Source: a virus (lineage: Duplodnaviria > Heunggongvirae > Uroviricota > Caudoviricetes). From it: a stretch of 44,504 bases of DNA. Both the position numbers and the translations under genes were made by a program. Location: IMG/VR virus record IMGVR_UViG_2537561991_000021. One strand, written 5' to 3'. Below, in pieces: positions 9,222 through 19,161 of the stretch; the first letter of the stretch is position 1, and the number at the start of each line of letters is the position of its first letter. Under the pieces are notes generated by a model that was not told the DNA's origin, searched no databases, and saw only the letters and a list, made by a program, of their open reading frames with translations.

Positions 9222-11209
9222 TAACCCACCCTCACCTGATTACTTCGCATGACCTGAGCATTTGCAGACTGTTGCCGACGTGCAACCTCATTACCGACAG
9301 CGTGCGGATCTCCACCACCGTAAATGTGGTAGGTATTTTGCTGGTTAACCTCTGTCACTTTGCCACTAATTCCCGCCACGGCAGCCTTATTAATCAGCTC
9401 CCGAGAATAGATATTTCTTCCATTCTCATGCTGGATAATGCTGCTCATCAATGCTGACATGGTTTGCGGATCGCTCATATTCAGGGCAGCCCGGGGATCC
9501 ACTCCCAGTCGTTGCGATACAGCCCTGATATACGCAGTTGTGTTGTTATTATCAGACGCAGGTGCCCAGGTAGAGATAATTTTCTCCACACTGTTTATTC
9601 CCCGTCCGGCGTACAGCATTAACTGACGAGCAAGAGCCCGTAATCCATCAAAAGCAGTTTCAAATCTGGCAAATCGCCCGCCCGGGCGTTCAAGAGAAGC
9701 CCCTGCCTGACCAGCAAAATTAAGGTTTCCCGGATTGTTATTCCGTTCTCCTCGTTTCGTAGCCTGTGCATGTTGTTCCGGCTCATCATCACCAAACCAG
9801 CCGCGTACCGTCCGGCCCACACTGCGGGGATCGAATCCCCAGTGCTCTTTAATCCAGTCGGCAGTACTGTTAGCGCTGTCTGTAACCATCGGCATCGCTG
9901 ACGGATTTTCGCTGCCCTGATTAAGTATCTGTTTGCCGATGCTGACGGCATCAGCCCAGCGGCCATCTTTGATAGCGTTGAGCAGGTCGGCGATCATGTT
10001 CAGCATTTTGCTGAATTCGCCCATCTGGTCGATGAAGTTGCTGAAATCCCACTTCAGGGACCATGATTTGGGGTCAATATTGAGCAGTTTCGCCAGCGCT
10101 TTCACCAGGTCGTTAACGGTCGTTTTAAGGTCACGAACCATCTTCAGCGCGGCATCGACCTCCGGTTTCCACTTGCCCCAGTCAATCAGGCTGTCGCCGC
10201 CTTCCTTCCAGGTCTGATAGTCCTCCCACAGGAGGGCAATACCCGCCGCCAGCGCGGTAATGAGGCCAATCGGCGACATCCAGAACGTACTGTTCAGAAT
10301 GCGCAGCGCAATCGTCAGTGCGCCAAACAGCGAGATCAACTCCCGCGTTTGCTTATCCAGCGATTGCCACCAGGTGATAAGGCCTGATGTCCCCTCAATC
10401 AGTCTGAAGAACAGCCGCCCGATAATATCCCCGAGCGCCAGAATGCCTTTTATGGCTTTCGTCAGGGTCTGCTCGATACGAGGGAAGTTGTCCAGGATAT
10501 GGCGGCGCAGGGTGTCCAGCGAACCCGCAAGCCCCCCCGCAAGATTAGAGCCGATTTTGTCACGGGCCATGCCTGCCATCGCGCCAAACTCACGCAGGGA
10601 GGTCATAAATTTGTTGGAGCTTCTGGCCGCCTCGTCAGCATTGAAGCCGATAGCTTTCGCCATTGCGCTGTACTGCCCGGAGAAGCCACCCACACCCCGG
10701 CGCATCGCCATAAGGGTATTTTCGTCAATGCCCAGCATCTGCGCATACTGGTTAGCCCGGTAATACGGCATGCTGCTGAGTTTCTGTCCAACGCCCGTAA
10801 AAATAGCGGCCATGTCACGCATGTTACCGCTGGCATCACGGGTCTGTACGCCCAGGCGATTCAGAAAGCCTTCTGCACCGGGATTGTTACGAATAAACCG
10901 GGATAGGCTTTCCAGAGAAGATCGCGCAGCGTCCACGCTGCCGCCAACCTGCGAAACCGCATAGCCAATAGACTGAATTCCCTGGACTGTCGCGCCGGTG
11001 CGCTGTGACGCCCAGTAAAGATTATCCAGGCCGGAGGCGATCTTAGCCGTGAAGGCCACCACGGACAACGCAGCTCCTTCAACAGCCAGCCCCATTTTGA
11101 TGACATTTGCAGTTGTACCGGCGAGGACAGAACCGAACTTTTTCGCTCCTGCATCATCCACACTGAAGCCAAGCGAGACGAGGAAATCTTTAATAGTTTC
11201 AGCGTTCAT
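9221..11209 (-). CDS. tail tape measure protein
   Basis: About 660 aa, Ala/Gly-rich with predicted helical regions, downstream of the chaperone. ATG at 11209 with a GGAGAGAGG RBS. Confidence 0.85.
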   Translation of the reverse strand: MNAETIKDFLVSLGFSVDDAGAKKFGSVLAGTTANVIKMGLAVEGAALSVVAFTAKIASGLDNLYWASQRTGATVQGIQSIGYAVSQVGGSVDAARSSLESLSRFIRNNPGAEGFLNRLGVQTRDASGNMRDMAAIFTGVGQKLSSMPYYRANQYAQMLGIDENTLMAMRRGVGGFSGQYSAMAKAIGFNADEAARSSNKFMTSLREFGAMAGMARDKIGSNLAGGLAGSLDTLRRHILDNFPRIEQTLTKAIKGILALGDIIGRLFFRLIEGTSGLITWWQSLDKQTRELISLFGALTIALRILNSTFWMSPIGLITALAAGIALLWEDYQTWKEGGDSLIDWGKWKPEVDAALKMVRDLKTTVNDLVKALAKLLNIDPKSWSLKWDFSNFIDQMGEFSKMLNMIADLLNAIKDGRWADAVSIGKQILNQGSENPSAMPMVTDSANSTADWIKEHWGFDPRSVGRTVRGWFGDDEPEQHAQATKRGERNNNPGNLNFAGQAGASLERPGGRFARFETAFDGLRALARQLMLYAGRGINSVEKIISTWAPASDNNNTTAYIRAVSQRLGVDPRAALNMSDPQTMSALMSSIIQHENGRNIYSRELINKAAVAGISGKVTEVNQQNTYHIYGGGDPHAVGNEVARRQQSANAQVMRSNQVRVG

Positions 11210-11386
11210 TATCCTCTCTCCATTTCTCAATGCGTCGCTGGTTATCCGCTTTTACCGCCAGATGGTCATTCAAGAGAGCAATGTCATACAAATCGACAGA
11301 GCCATCTTTAAGTGCTGTATAAGGAATTAACCCGGCGTCAACCGGATTGAGAAGGTAGGACAGCCCGTCCGGCAGGCTGTTAAACG

Positions 11387-11839
11387 TCAGCCCTGTTGCA
11401 GGCTCTGCGTCGTGCTGGTAAGGGGTGTAGGCAAAAAATTTCCCAGCGAATCGGCGACCACCCGCGCCACCAGCTGCAGCATGACCAGCAAGTCAATATC
11501 ATCAAACATCAGTTCGCCCTGGGTAAATACCGGCACCCATCCGTCCATATGACGCCGCGATACCACCGCAAGACAGGGATGAATAATCGCATCGGTGTCA
11601 TCTTCGGTCAGGGAAGACAGTTCCTCAGCGATACGCGGGAGCATGGTTTCAAACACCGGTTTTAACTGTTCGAATTTCACGGTGTCGATTTTGCCGTCAG
11701 CAGGCAAACGGGAGCGAATACTCCCGAAATCTGACATCATTCCTGCCAGCACCGGCAGAAGTTTGCGGGTCACTTTCAGCTGGTCAAAAACGCTGAGTTT
11801 TGCCGTGCGATATTTCACGCCTTTAATTTCGAATTCCAT
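11387..11839 (-). CDS. tail assembly chaperone (zero-frame product)
   Basis: 150 aa between the tube and tape-measure genes; followed by an open -1 frame (see findings). Confidence 0.75.
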   Translation of the reverse strand: MEFEIKGVKYRTAKLSVFDQLKVTRKLLPVLAGMMSDFGSIRSRLPADGKIDTVKFEQLKPVFETMLPRIAEELSSLTEDDTDAIIHPCLAVVSRRHMDGWVPVFTQGELMFDDIDLLVMLQLVARVVADSLGNFLPTPLTSTTQSLQQG

Positions 11840-11842
11840 GCA

Positions 11843-12283
11843 TTAAAACTCCCCGAGAACCTGGTCAATCTTGCCGCAGTCAAACACCCACGGCATCGTA
11901 TTACCGGTTTTAGCGTTGGCGTTATCCGGTTGTTTCTGGAACGCAACACTGCGTGCCGTGATGATGTCGCCGCTGACCTTGTTGCGGATCACGATAACGT
12001 TATTCCCCCATGTGGCAGAAGACTGGCTCTGTGCGTTATACGCCAGCGACAATTTTTTATTTGTCGGTGATGTCTTCAGAAGGTTAACGGTAATCGTCCC
12101 GCTTTTATCTGCATGGAGACTGTGCATCACTTCGCCATCAGCACCGATGGTCATGGTGTTTTTAGGACCGCCCATCGCAACCACAATCCCCTCTTCAGAA
12201 CTTGCCGAACCGTACCCGAGGTCAATCGAACCTGTCGGCCCGGTCAGCGTCGCAGTGACATCCATAAAAGAATAGGTAGACAT
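11843..12283 (-). CDS. tail tube protein
   Basis: 146 aa immediately downstream of the sheath gene. Confidence 0.7.
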   Translation of the reverse strand: MSTYSFMDVTATLTGPTGSIDLGYGSASSEEGIVVAMGGPKNTMTIGADGEVMHSLHADKSGTITVNLLKTSPTNKKLSLAYNAQSQSSATWGNNVIVIRNKVSGDIITARSVAFQKQPDNANAKTGNTMPWVFDCGKIDQVLGEF

Positions 12284-12293
12284 TCACTTCCCC

Positions 12294-13439
12294 TTAGCGA
12301 ACAACGTTAATCTGTACGTCAGCGTAATGAACCGCGCCTGCAAGTTTTATTGCAGCCTGAATCACCGGAGCCTTACGGGCTTCACGTTCTGATTGAGCCT
12401 GTTCATCCAGCGGCTGAGCGTATACGTAATAACCTTTGGGCAGTGTGTCACCTGATGACAACTGACCAAGGTCGCCCCCGTTCCATACGCCCGGAGCAAT
12501 CAGTCCATTCTGAACGGCCTGATCCAGTGATTTTTCAACATTTGATAACAGTCGGGTAATACCGGCTTCAGTCTGGGGAACTTTCGTGGTGCTGGTATAA
12601 AGCAGGTTATAGAGGTTGGTCTGCACATAATTCTGTAACCAGTCCAGGCCGTGGCGTTCATCAAAGAAATCGCCGTTAGCCATCACTCCCTGCTGGAGGA
12701 TAGCCGTATCATTCTGGTAGTACACGAATACATTGCAGTTTTTTGCATCAAGTGCCGATGCCTGGCTGACTGTCAGTGTTTCATACCCGATACCCGGCTC
12801 CTGCTTAAACTTGAGCGTAATCGCGGTATTACTGCCATTGAAATTAACCGTGAATGCCCGGCCAAATGCAGATAACGCAGCGTATTTATTACCCGATGAA
12901 TACTGAATAAAACTGCGTGAATATCCGGCGGTTTTCAGTTTTGATGCCAAATCATCGCTGGATGCAGTCTGCAGGCATTTCTCATCGCTTGTCGTAATCG
13001 CCAGAATACGGCTTACAGAAGAGGATTCGATCGCCGCAGCCACTTTCAGCCAGTCTGCATCCTGAATATCTTCATCGTCTGCAATCCCCAGCCCATACCA
13101 TGAAGTATAATCAAGCATGGCATTCACAGCCTGCTCCAGCGTCTCAGGCGTGGCCTGTTCGCTGTCTCCCTTCGTTTTCACCCAACGACCAACAAAAACC
13201 TCCTGAGGTTTCGGTGATTGAGAGAAAAACACCTGCGCAGCCTTATATTCTGGTGATTCCACGCCAAAATCTTTTCCAATATCTTCCGCGGCAGAATAAC
13301 GGCGAATGCGCTCACTTACCGGAATGATTGTGGACGGGCCGAGAATGAGTAATGCACCAAAATTTCGCCCTGATGCTGCACGCGGCGACATGATCACATC
13401 AACATTAACAACGTTTGATACAGGCAAGCCCTGTGCCAT
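12294..13439 (-). CDS. contractile tail sheath protein
   Basis: 381 aa upstream of the tube/chaperone/tape-measure set. Confidence 0.7.
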   Translation of the reverse strand: MAQGLPVSNVVNVDVIMSPRAASGRNFGALLILGPSTIIPVSERIRRYSAAEDIGKDFGVESPEYKAAQVFFSQSPKPQEVFVGRWVKTKGDSEQATPETLEQAVNAMLDYTSWYGLGIADDEDIQDADWLKVAAAIESSSVSRILAITTSDEKCLQTASSDDLASKLKTAGYSRSFIQYSSGNKYAALSAFGRAFTVNFNGSNTAITLKFKQEPGIGYETLTVSQASALDAKNCNVFVYYQNDTAILQQGVMANGDFFDERHGLDWLQNYVQTNLYNLLYTSTTKVPQTEAGITRLLSNVEKSLDQAVQNGLIAPGVWNGGDLGQLSSGDTLPKGYYVYAQPLDEQAQSEREARKAPVIQAAIKLAGAVHYADVQINVVR

Positions 13440-13442
13440 AGC

Positions 13443-14006
13443 TTAATCTCCGAAAAAGATGACTGGTGCATCCACCAGCGATTTAATACCGTACTCGCGC
13501 ACAACCTTCCGGCGCAGGCGCACCGTCATATCGTAGCGGCGGACCCATTGCTGATTAATAAGTTCAGGGAAGGGAGTCAGACCTGTGTAATCGCCAAGAG
13601 ACAGCCCCAGCGCATTCAGTGCTGCATTGTTCTGCGGCACAGATATACCGTCACGAAACCGGGACGCATACACCATCCCCGCCGGTCCATAAAACGAAGC
13701 CATACACTCAATCGTTTCATGCCGCCAGAGCTGAGAGCCATCATCGGTCTGTCTGGTGAATGCCGGACTGTCATCACCTGACCATCCGATAACCCCAAAC
13801 GCACACCAGTTCGTTTCAACCGGTAGCAGTGGCGGCTGCTCTTTCTGCCAGCGCGGGCGAACCATCCCGGCAGACAGACCGGAAACGTTACGTATCCACT
13901 GGCTTAACAGCCTGTCGAGCGCTTCGTCATAATCCGGATCGCCACTGGTTGGTATTAACCATCCGCGCTCTGTACTGGTGTTATTGCTCAACCGGAGTTC
14001 CCCCAT
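13443..14006 (-). CDS. head-tail joining / tail completion protein (hypothetical)
   Basis: ATG at 14006; position between the head and tail modules. Confidence 0.45.
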   Translation of the reverse strand: MGELRLSNNTSTERGWLIPTSGDPDYDEALDRLLSQWIRNVSGLSAGMVRPRWQKEQPPLLPVETNWCAFGVIGWSGDDSPAFTRQTDDGSQLWRHETIECMASFYGPAGMVYASRFRDGISVPQNNAALNALGLSLGDYTGLTPFPELINQQWVRRYDMTVRLRRKVVREYGIKSLVDAPVIFFGD

Positions 14007-14370
14007 CAAACGGCATCAACTCACAATGCGCCTGAACGAATCCGGCCCCATAAGCTGTATACGGGTCGACGAAGGTCACACGGTAATCACGGCCCTGATA
14101 CGTCACGATATCGGCATCACGGCCAGTCTGTCCCTGCGTCAGTCGCTCAGTCGTCACAATCAGAATTGCACCACTGATTACCTGCCCGGCCTGCATACGA
14201 CGGTTTTCCAGAGAGCGATCAACAGTAACGACTCCGGCAAACTGCTTTTTAACTTCGCTGTCGCTGCCGATTCCGTCCTCATCCACCGTTTGCACACGGC
14301 GTGTTACCCACAAATTGAAGTCGCAAAAATCGGGGTCAAAAAGCACATCTGTTACATCAAGAGTCGGCAT
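13981..14370 (-). CDS. head-tail connector protein (hypothetical)
   Basis: 129 aa, coupled to neighbours in the connector region. Confidence 0.45.
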   Translation of the reverse strand: MPTLDVTDVLFDPDFCDFNLWVTRRVQTVDEDGIGSDSEVKKQFAGVVTVDRSLENRRMQAGQVISGAILIVTTERLTQGQTGRDADIVTYQGRDYRVTFVDPYTAYGAGFVQAHCELMPFDGGTPVEQ

Positions 14371-14911
14371 CTTTATCCCTCACTACATGGGTAATAGCTC
14401 TGCGATATTGCCCGGTGTCAATTAATGGTTTCGCCAGATCGGTTCCGGGAGATTCGCCAGCAACACGCCGGGCAAGTTCCAGTGTTGCCCCCTTGCACCC
14501 CCGACGAGCCCGGGCTTCAACAGTACTGTCAGCAAGCGGCGTAAAGCCGGTAATGGTCATGTAACGCCTGACGCCATTAACGGCCAGCGTTCCGGCACGG
14601 TTGAGTGCACTTTCTGCTCCCGCAGCATTACCATCAAGTGCAGCCTGCGCCGCGGCTTTAAGCTGCGGCACCGTCTGCTCTTCTGCCGATTTAACGCCGG
14701 GGACCAGGTGAGGTCGTGGCGGGATGTTCTGCTCTGGTGAGCCGTATTCGTTGAGGTAACCGATGCCCGCATTACCAAACGGAACATCATCCCGTTCGCT
14801 GTCTTCCGAAGGGATGCCGACCAGCACATCTTTTTTGGTTAACGACCTGAGCGCATCCAGAATGGCCTTAGCGTTATCCACCCTCGTTGTTACACCGCTT
14901 TTGAAACTCAT
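14357..14911 (-). CDS. virion morphogenesis / head completion protein (hypothetical)
   Basis: 184 aa; ATGA overlap with the upstream stop. Confidence 0.45.
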   Translation of the reverse strand: MSFKSGVTTRVDNAKAILDALRSLTKKDVLVGIPSEDSERDDVPFGNAGIGYLNEYGSPEQNIPPRPHLVPGVKSAEEQTVPQLKAAAQAALDGNAAGAESALNRAGTLAVNGVRRYMTITGFTPLADSTVEARARRGCKGATLELARRVAGESPGTDLAKPLIDTGQYRRAITHVVRDKDADS

Positions 14912-15315
14912 AGCTGGCGACCGCCTGCACCGAACATCGTGATCAACTGATAAAATTCAGCGCCATATCGGGTGTTATTCCAGAAACCTGCATCAGGATT
15001 CAGCGTCGCGCTGGTGTCATAGCTGACGCTTACCTTATCCACGGACTTTGAGGACTGAACACCATTGGTTGAACCGCCCGGACCACCAGCCAGCATCGCT
15101 CTGCTGTCAGCCGCCCAGAGCGTCATGTAGTGAGCAACGAACAACCCGGCAAAGTACGGAAACAACTTTTTGCCGGTGACATTTTCGCTCAGCAGTTCAT
15201 CGGCCAGATTCAGACGGAACCCGATTTGGGCGTCGGGATATTTTGCCGGGTCAGCAAACTGCGGGAAGTCGCGGCGAAAATCACTTACCGCTGGCAGACT
15301 TTGATTCTTTGACAT
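14908..15315 (-). CDS. head-tail connector protein (hypothetical)
   Basis: Start tentatively at [10 protein letters not shown]; the ORF track extends upstream with a non-ATG start. Confidence 0.45.
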   Translation of the reverse strand: MSKNQSLPAVSDFRRDFPQFADPAKYPDAQIGFRLNLADELLSENVTGKKLFPYFAGLFVAHYMTLWAADSRAMLAGGPGGSTNGVQSSKSVDKVSVSYDTSATLNPDAGFWNNTRYGAEFYQLITMFGAGGRQL

Positions 15316-15649
15316 CTTTAGCCCCATTACCGCCAGTCCGGGCGGCAGTAATCTGCGCCTGCAGGCTGTCGTTCTGCTCCTGCAGTTTGAGCAATGCATC
15401 TTTAAGATCGGCAATCAGCTTATCTTTGTCGGCAATCTGCGCTTGCAGGCCGTCGATAATGGGTTGCAGATCATCGGTGTCGCTAATCACGCTTTCGGAA
15501 AGCTCAGAGTGCGCCTGGGTGAACCAGTGCGACGCGACCTCTTCCGGTACGTTATGCCGTCCCCGGCCAAACTCCTGTTTTGACTGATCGCCGAGCGTCA
15601 GCGTAAACGGGGTGTGAACATGGATGGTAACCAGCTTTTCTTTCGCCAT
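15281..15649 (-). CDS. small phage structural-module protein with coiled-coil C-terminus
   Basis: ATG at 15649 ([12 protein letters not shown]) preceded by an AAGGAAA RBS; the longer ORF-track version would read through the hairpin after the capsid gene. Confidence 0.5.
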   Translation of the reverse strand: MAKEKLVTIHVHTPFTLTLGDQSKQEFGRGRHNVPEEVASHWFTQAHSELSESVISDTDDLQPIIDGLQAQIADKDKLIADLKDALLKLQEQNDSLQAQITAARTGGNGAKDVKESKSASGK

Positions 15650-15663
15650 TTCAGTTTCCTTCA

Positions 15664-15679
15664 GGCCCCTTTCGGGGCC
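15664..15679 (-). promoter_or_regulatory. stable stem-loop immediately after the major capsid gene
   Basis: Perfect GGCCCC-GAAA-GGGGCC hairpin 10 nt after the capsid stop, with no U-tract. Confidence 0.5.
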
Positions 15680-15689
15680 ATTCTGGTTA

Positions 15690-16631
15690 TCAGATACCGT
15701 CCACATAGGACAGAGTTTCTTTATACACTGGCTCGACTGCACCCAGCTTGCCGTAGTAAGTGACGATCTGATACAGGCCGCGATACTGCACCGGCACGCT
15801 CTGAAGCGGAACCAGCGGGTAGCGGACGTATTTTTTATCGTTGGTGTACGCAACCATGCGATCCTTATTCCCCACACCACGGCCTTTCAGCCATTTAACC
15901 GCGCGGATATTCAGCGGAACACCGTTCTGGTGATAGCTGATGGTGTTGGTCTGAAGGTACGTCAACAGGGACTGGTTACCCGCAGATGAAACGATGATGC
16001 TGGACAACAGAGCAAACTGTTCAGGCGGGATCAGCAAATCACGCGGGACCACAGAGTAACCAGAAGCGGCCCACGCATCAGACAGCACCTGGTTAATGCT
16101 TGCGCGGATTTCGTCCGGTGTTGAGGTTGCCCACGTTTTGGCAGCGTTGTTGACAGGCACGCCGTCCAGGGTAACAAGGCCTTTCAGGTTTAATGCGGAA
16201 TCGCCAACATATACCTGTTCATCGTTATCCATCTGCCATTTCAGTTGCATCCCGTCATACTTCTGCGTATCAATCGGGCGGCCGACCTGCTGAGCAGCCT
16301 GCAATTCTATGACCGTCCAGCCAAGTTCCATCCCCCACAGGTTCAGCGGGTTACCGGATTTGCCGGTATCCACGTTCACGCCAGCAATAGCGGTTGAGTC
16401 TTTGCCTACCCAGTTTTTGCCATTCGGATTTGCACCAGTACCCGCAGCGGCGAAGCTGGTATTCGTCCAGCTGGAAATGTCATCTGCGATAGAGACATCT
16501 TCACGCAACTGAATATCGCGGGTCCAGGTGTACCCCACCAGTGGCAGGTTCAGCGTCTGGTCGAGTCGCTCCAGCTCCCCGATGAGAAAGGCACCAGAGC
16601 TGTCAACGGTTGCCTGATCAAAAGTAATCAT
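15690..16631 (-). CDS. major capsid protein
   Basis: 313 aa, downstream of the scaffold and a small structural gene, followed by a strong hairpin. Confidence 0.7.
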   Translation of the reverse strand: MITFDQATVDSSGAFLIGELERLDQTLNLPLVGYTWTRDIQLREDVSIADDISSWTNTSFAAAGTGANPNGKNWVGKDSTAIAGVNVDTGKSGNPLNLWGMELGWTVIELQAAQQVGRPIDTQKYDGMQLKWQMDNDEQVYVGDSALNLKGLVTLDGVPVNNAAKTWATSTPDEIRASINQVLSDAWAASGYSVVPRDLLIPPEQFALLSSIIVSSAGNQSLLTYLQTNTISYHQNGVPLNIRAVKWLKGRGVGNKDRMVAYTNDKKYVRYPLVPLQSVPVQYRGLYQIVTYYGKLGAVEPVYKETLSYVDGI

Positions 16632-16642
16632 TCGTCTGTTCC

Positions 16643-17149
16643 TTAAATCTTCCAGGAAATTTCTGCATTGCCGTTAGCATCACCGGCACCTGTGAATTCA
16701 GCGTTGGTCAGCACCACATTTTTGCCACTGACTGACGTGGACATGAATCCACCCAGCGGCACTTTGATGGATTCATCAGTGGAGACGACAACGTATACCG
16801 GGTCGCCTTTTTTGATAGTGCTGGCATCAAAATCAGAACCGAGATTAACGGTCACGTAGCCACGCTTCATGGCGTCGCCCGGGAAGTTCTTGCCTGTTCC
16901 CACCTGGCGAACCATGTCCGGCTGCGACGTGGTCGGATAAGGGCGCACGTAGATCCCCTTCACCTTGTCTGCGGTATCACCATCTGCCAGCGGCACGAAA
17001 AAACCGTCATCATCGTATTTACCAGCCAGCCCATAGGCAGCGAAGGCGTTATCGGATTTAAGGACCACCGGTTCGACGGTTAAGTCCTGCGGGCGAGAGA
17101 CAGCCCCGGCAATACCAACAGGCATCCGGTACAGAAATACATTATTCAT
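16643..17149 (-). CDS. head structural / decoration protein
   Basis: 168 aa between the scaffold and capsid genes. Confidence 0.5.
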   Translation of the reverse strand: MNNVFLYRMPVGIAGAVSRPQDLTVEPVVLKSDNAFAAYGLAGKYDDDGFFVPLADGDTADKVKGIYVRPYPTTSQPDMVRQVGTGKNFPGDAMKRGYVTVNLGSDFDASTIKKGDPVYVVVSTDESIKVPLGGFMSTSVSGKNVVLTNAEFTGAGDANGNAEISWKI

Positions 17150-17152
17150 TTT

Positions 17153-18373
17153 TTACCCTTTACGGTTTGCCCAGAATTCAGCGTTTTGTTTGTTCAGGGA
17201 AGCGATACTGGTCATGCCCATGTTTAGGCGCTGTGCATCGCCGGTGGTGGCGCGGGTGTTTCGCCCTTTGGCAATCTCAGACACGGCATTAAACGCCATG
17301 TCGACCGATTGTTTCGGCAATTTGCGGATATCCGCATCACCGACTATCTGGCGAACCAGCGTTTTGTCAGCGGAAGCCAGAACCTCGCGTTTGAACGCGG
17401 TCGGTTTCATCTTACGGCTCAGATCGATACCCGGAACAATAACTTCGGCACGCCAGGCTGAGTCACCAGTAATCGTGGTTTCCTCTTCATCGTCCTCGCC
17501 GTCACCGGTCGGATTATCGTCAGGCTTATTATCGTTATCGCCCGTGGCATTTCCTTCCAGCTTAGCCAGCAGGGCTTTCAGTAATGTTTTGAGGTCATCA
17601 TCACTGTCGCCGGTTGGGCCTCCCCCCATCTCTGGTGCTTTGTCCGGTAGTGGTTGCTGCGGGGACAGGTTGATATTGAGATTAACGCCCTGCGGCAAAT
17701 CCCCCTCATCTCCTGTAACCGATGCGGGAGCCGACTCCACCAGTTCGTTCATGGTGTCGGCATCTCCTGTCTTGATGGCCGCACGCATGCGGTTCCACCA
17801 GTTTTTCTTTTGATTTGCCATTGTGTCTCTGTCTCCAATTGCACAACGATTTCCGGCTCTGCCTTTAGGGACAAGAGCCACATGGTTTCCGGTAATATCG
17901 ACCTGCTCAGCTTTACCTGGCTCGGTCTGCTCGTACTCCGCGTCATAGCCGCACGACACTTCGCGCAGGCCATCTTCGATAAGCTGAATGGCGTTTTCGT
18001 CTTTGACGATAAGGTCAGCCAGCATCAAATCAGACTGCTCACCCGTCCCGCGCCGGACATTCTGGAGGTGCCCGACAGCAAGCTCTTTCCAGTTCTCGGG
18101 ATTTACCAGCCGCACATTCCCGTTTTCATCTTCAGGATGCAGAATCGTGATGCTCATCCCTTCGAATGAGGCAAGCGTGGCCGGATGGAATACCTGCTCA
18201 GGAGAACGCGTGACGACTATTTCACCGAACTTATCGGGTTTCAGTTTTGGCAGGTCATCAGCACCATAGAGCTGCTTACCTGTTCGTCCTATCGGCACGT
18301 CTCTGCACAGCAACGAGCCGTCAGCCAGCTGATAGCGGGTTTCCCCCAGCCGGGTATTGAAAAAATATTTCAT
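17153..18373 (-). CDS. head scaffolding (or protease-scaffold) protein
   Basis: 406 aa with a long acidic low-complexity segment (GDNDNKPDDNPTGDGEDDEEETT), between the head-morphogenesis and capsid genes. Confidence 0.6.
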   Translation of the reverse strand: MKYFFNTRLGETRYQLADGSLLCRDVPIGRTGKQLYGADDLPKLKPDKFGEIVVTRSPEQVFHPATLASFEGMSITILHPEDENGNVRLVNPENWKELAVGHLQNVRRGTGEQSDLMLADLIVKDENAIQLIEDGLREVSCGYDAEYEQTEPGKAEQVDITGNHVALVPKGRAGNRCAIGDRDTMANQKKNWWNRMRAAIKTGDADTMNELVESAPASVTGDEGDLPQGVNLNINLSPQQPLPDKAPEMGGGPTGDSDDDLKTLLKALLAKLEGNATGDNDNKPDDNPTGDGEDDEEETTITGDSAWRAEVIVPGIDLSRKMKPTAFKREVLASADKTLVRQIVGDADIRKLPKQSVDMAFNAVSEIAKGRNTRATTGDAQRLNMGMTSIASLNKQNAEFWANRKG

Positions 18374-18387
18374 GTGTTACCTGCGAT

Positions 18388-19161
18388 TCAGGCGGGATAA
18401 GATTGGGAGGTGGGAAAAACGATTTCTTTATAACAGCGACAATTCGGGAGCTCGCCAGCGTGACCTGTCATGCCGTCAAGCGTTGGAGGTTTGCCCCATT
18501 CGACAAATTTACCTTCCATTTCCCGATGAGAATGCCTGACGTCACCATCTTCGGCTGTACGCCAGATATAACTATTCGAACCAATTGACAGCGCACGCGC
18601 CTGATCCAGCGCGCCGGTTGCACGTCCAAGTTCAGTACGGGCAATCAGGTCAGCTCTGGACTTTGCTATATCACCCGATGCGGCTATTTCTTTAGCAAAA
18701 TATTCTGCTCTCCCACCGGTCACAACAGCTTCTGTCGCCCGATTCTGGATGTCGTACACCCTGTCAGCCGCCTCGAGGGGGAGCGATTTGATGTACTTGA
18801 CCTGTTCGGCGATGATGGATTGCATCACCTGGCCCACAGGAGCGCTTTCCACAAGATTGCGGAGCTCGCGACTGATGTTCTTGCTGTGTTGCCGCCAAAC
18901 TTTCTCGTTCTGCCGGGTTAGGTCCGCAGTAAAGTTTTCCGCGACCTTTGTCGCCCAGGGGGTGATGATTTCACTGTAGCGTTCCAGCGCCTCAATAATT
19001 TCCGTGATACTGTCATTTGAACCATCGTAGCGACCATTTACGATGTCTCCGACCGCCCGCGCTATCCTGCGTAGGCTGGTTCGATAGCGGATTTCCGCCT
19101 GACGGTTCCTGCGGTTCGTCATCAGATTCGCCGATGCCGGGCGGCGCTTCATCTTCGGCAT
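18388..19161 (-). CDS. head morphogenesis protein (Mu F / SPP1 gp7 family)
   Basis: C-terminal PNCRC motif typical of Mu F-like proteins; directly downstream of the portal. The true start is probably downstream of 19161, since the ORF overlaps the portal gene. Confidence 0.7.
   Translation of the reverse strand: MPKMKRRPASANLMTNRRNRQAEIRYRTSLRRIARAVGDIVNGRYDGSNDSITEIIEALERYSEIITPWATKVAENFTADLTRQNEKVWRQHSKNISRELRNLVESAPVGQVMQSIIAEQVKYIKSLPLEAADRVYDIQNRATEAVVTGGRAEYFAKEIAASGDIAKSRADLIARTELGRATGALDQARALSIGSNSYIWRTAEDGDVRHSHREMEGKFVEWGKPPTLDGMTGHAGELPNCRCYKEIVFPTSQSYPA

Noticed and set aside
9272-10964. Plus-strand ORFs of 60 to 170 aa inside the tape-measure gene
   Set aside because: Antisense to a long, continuous structural gene, with no RBS and low-complexity composition; classic shadow ORFs.
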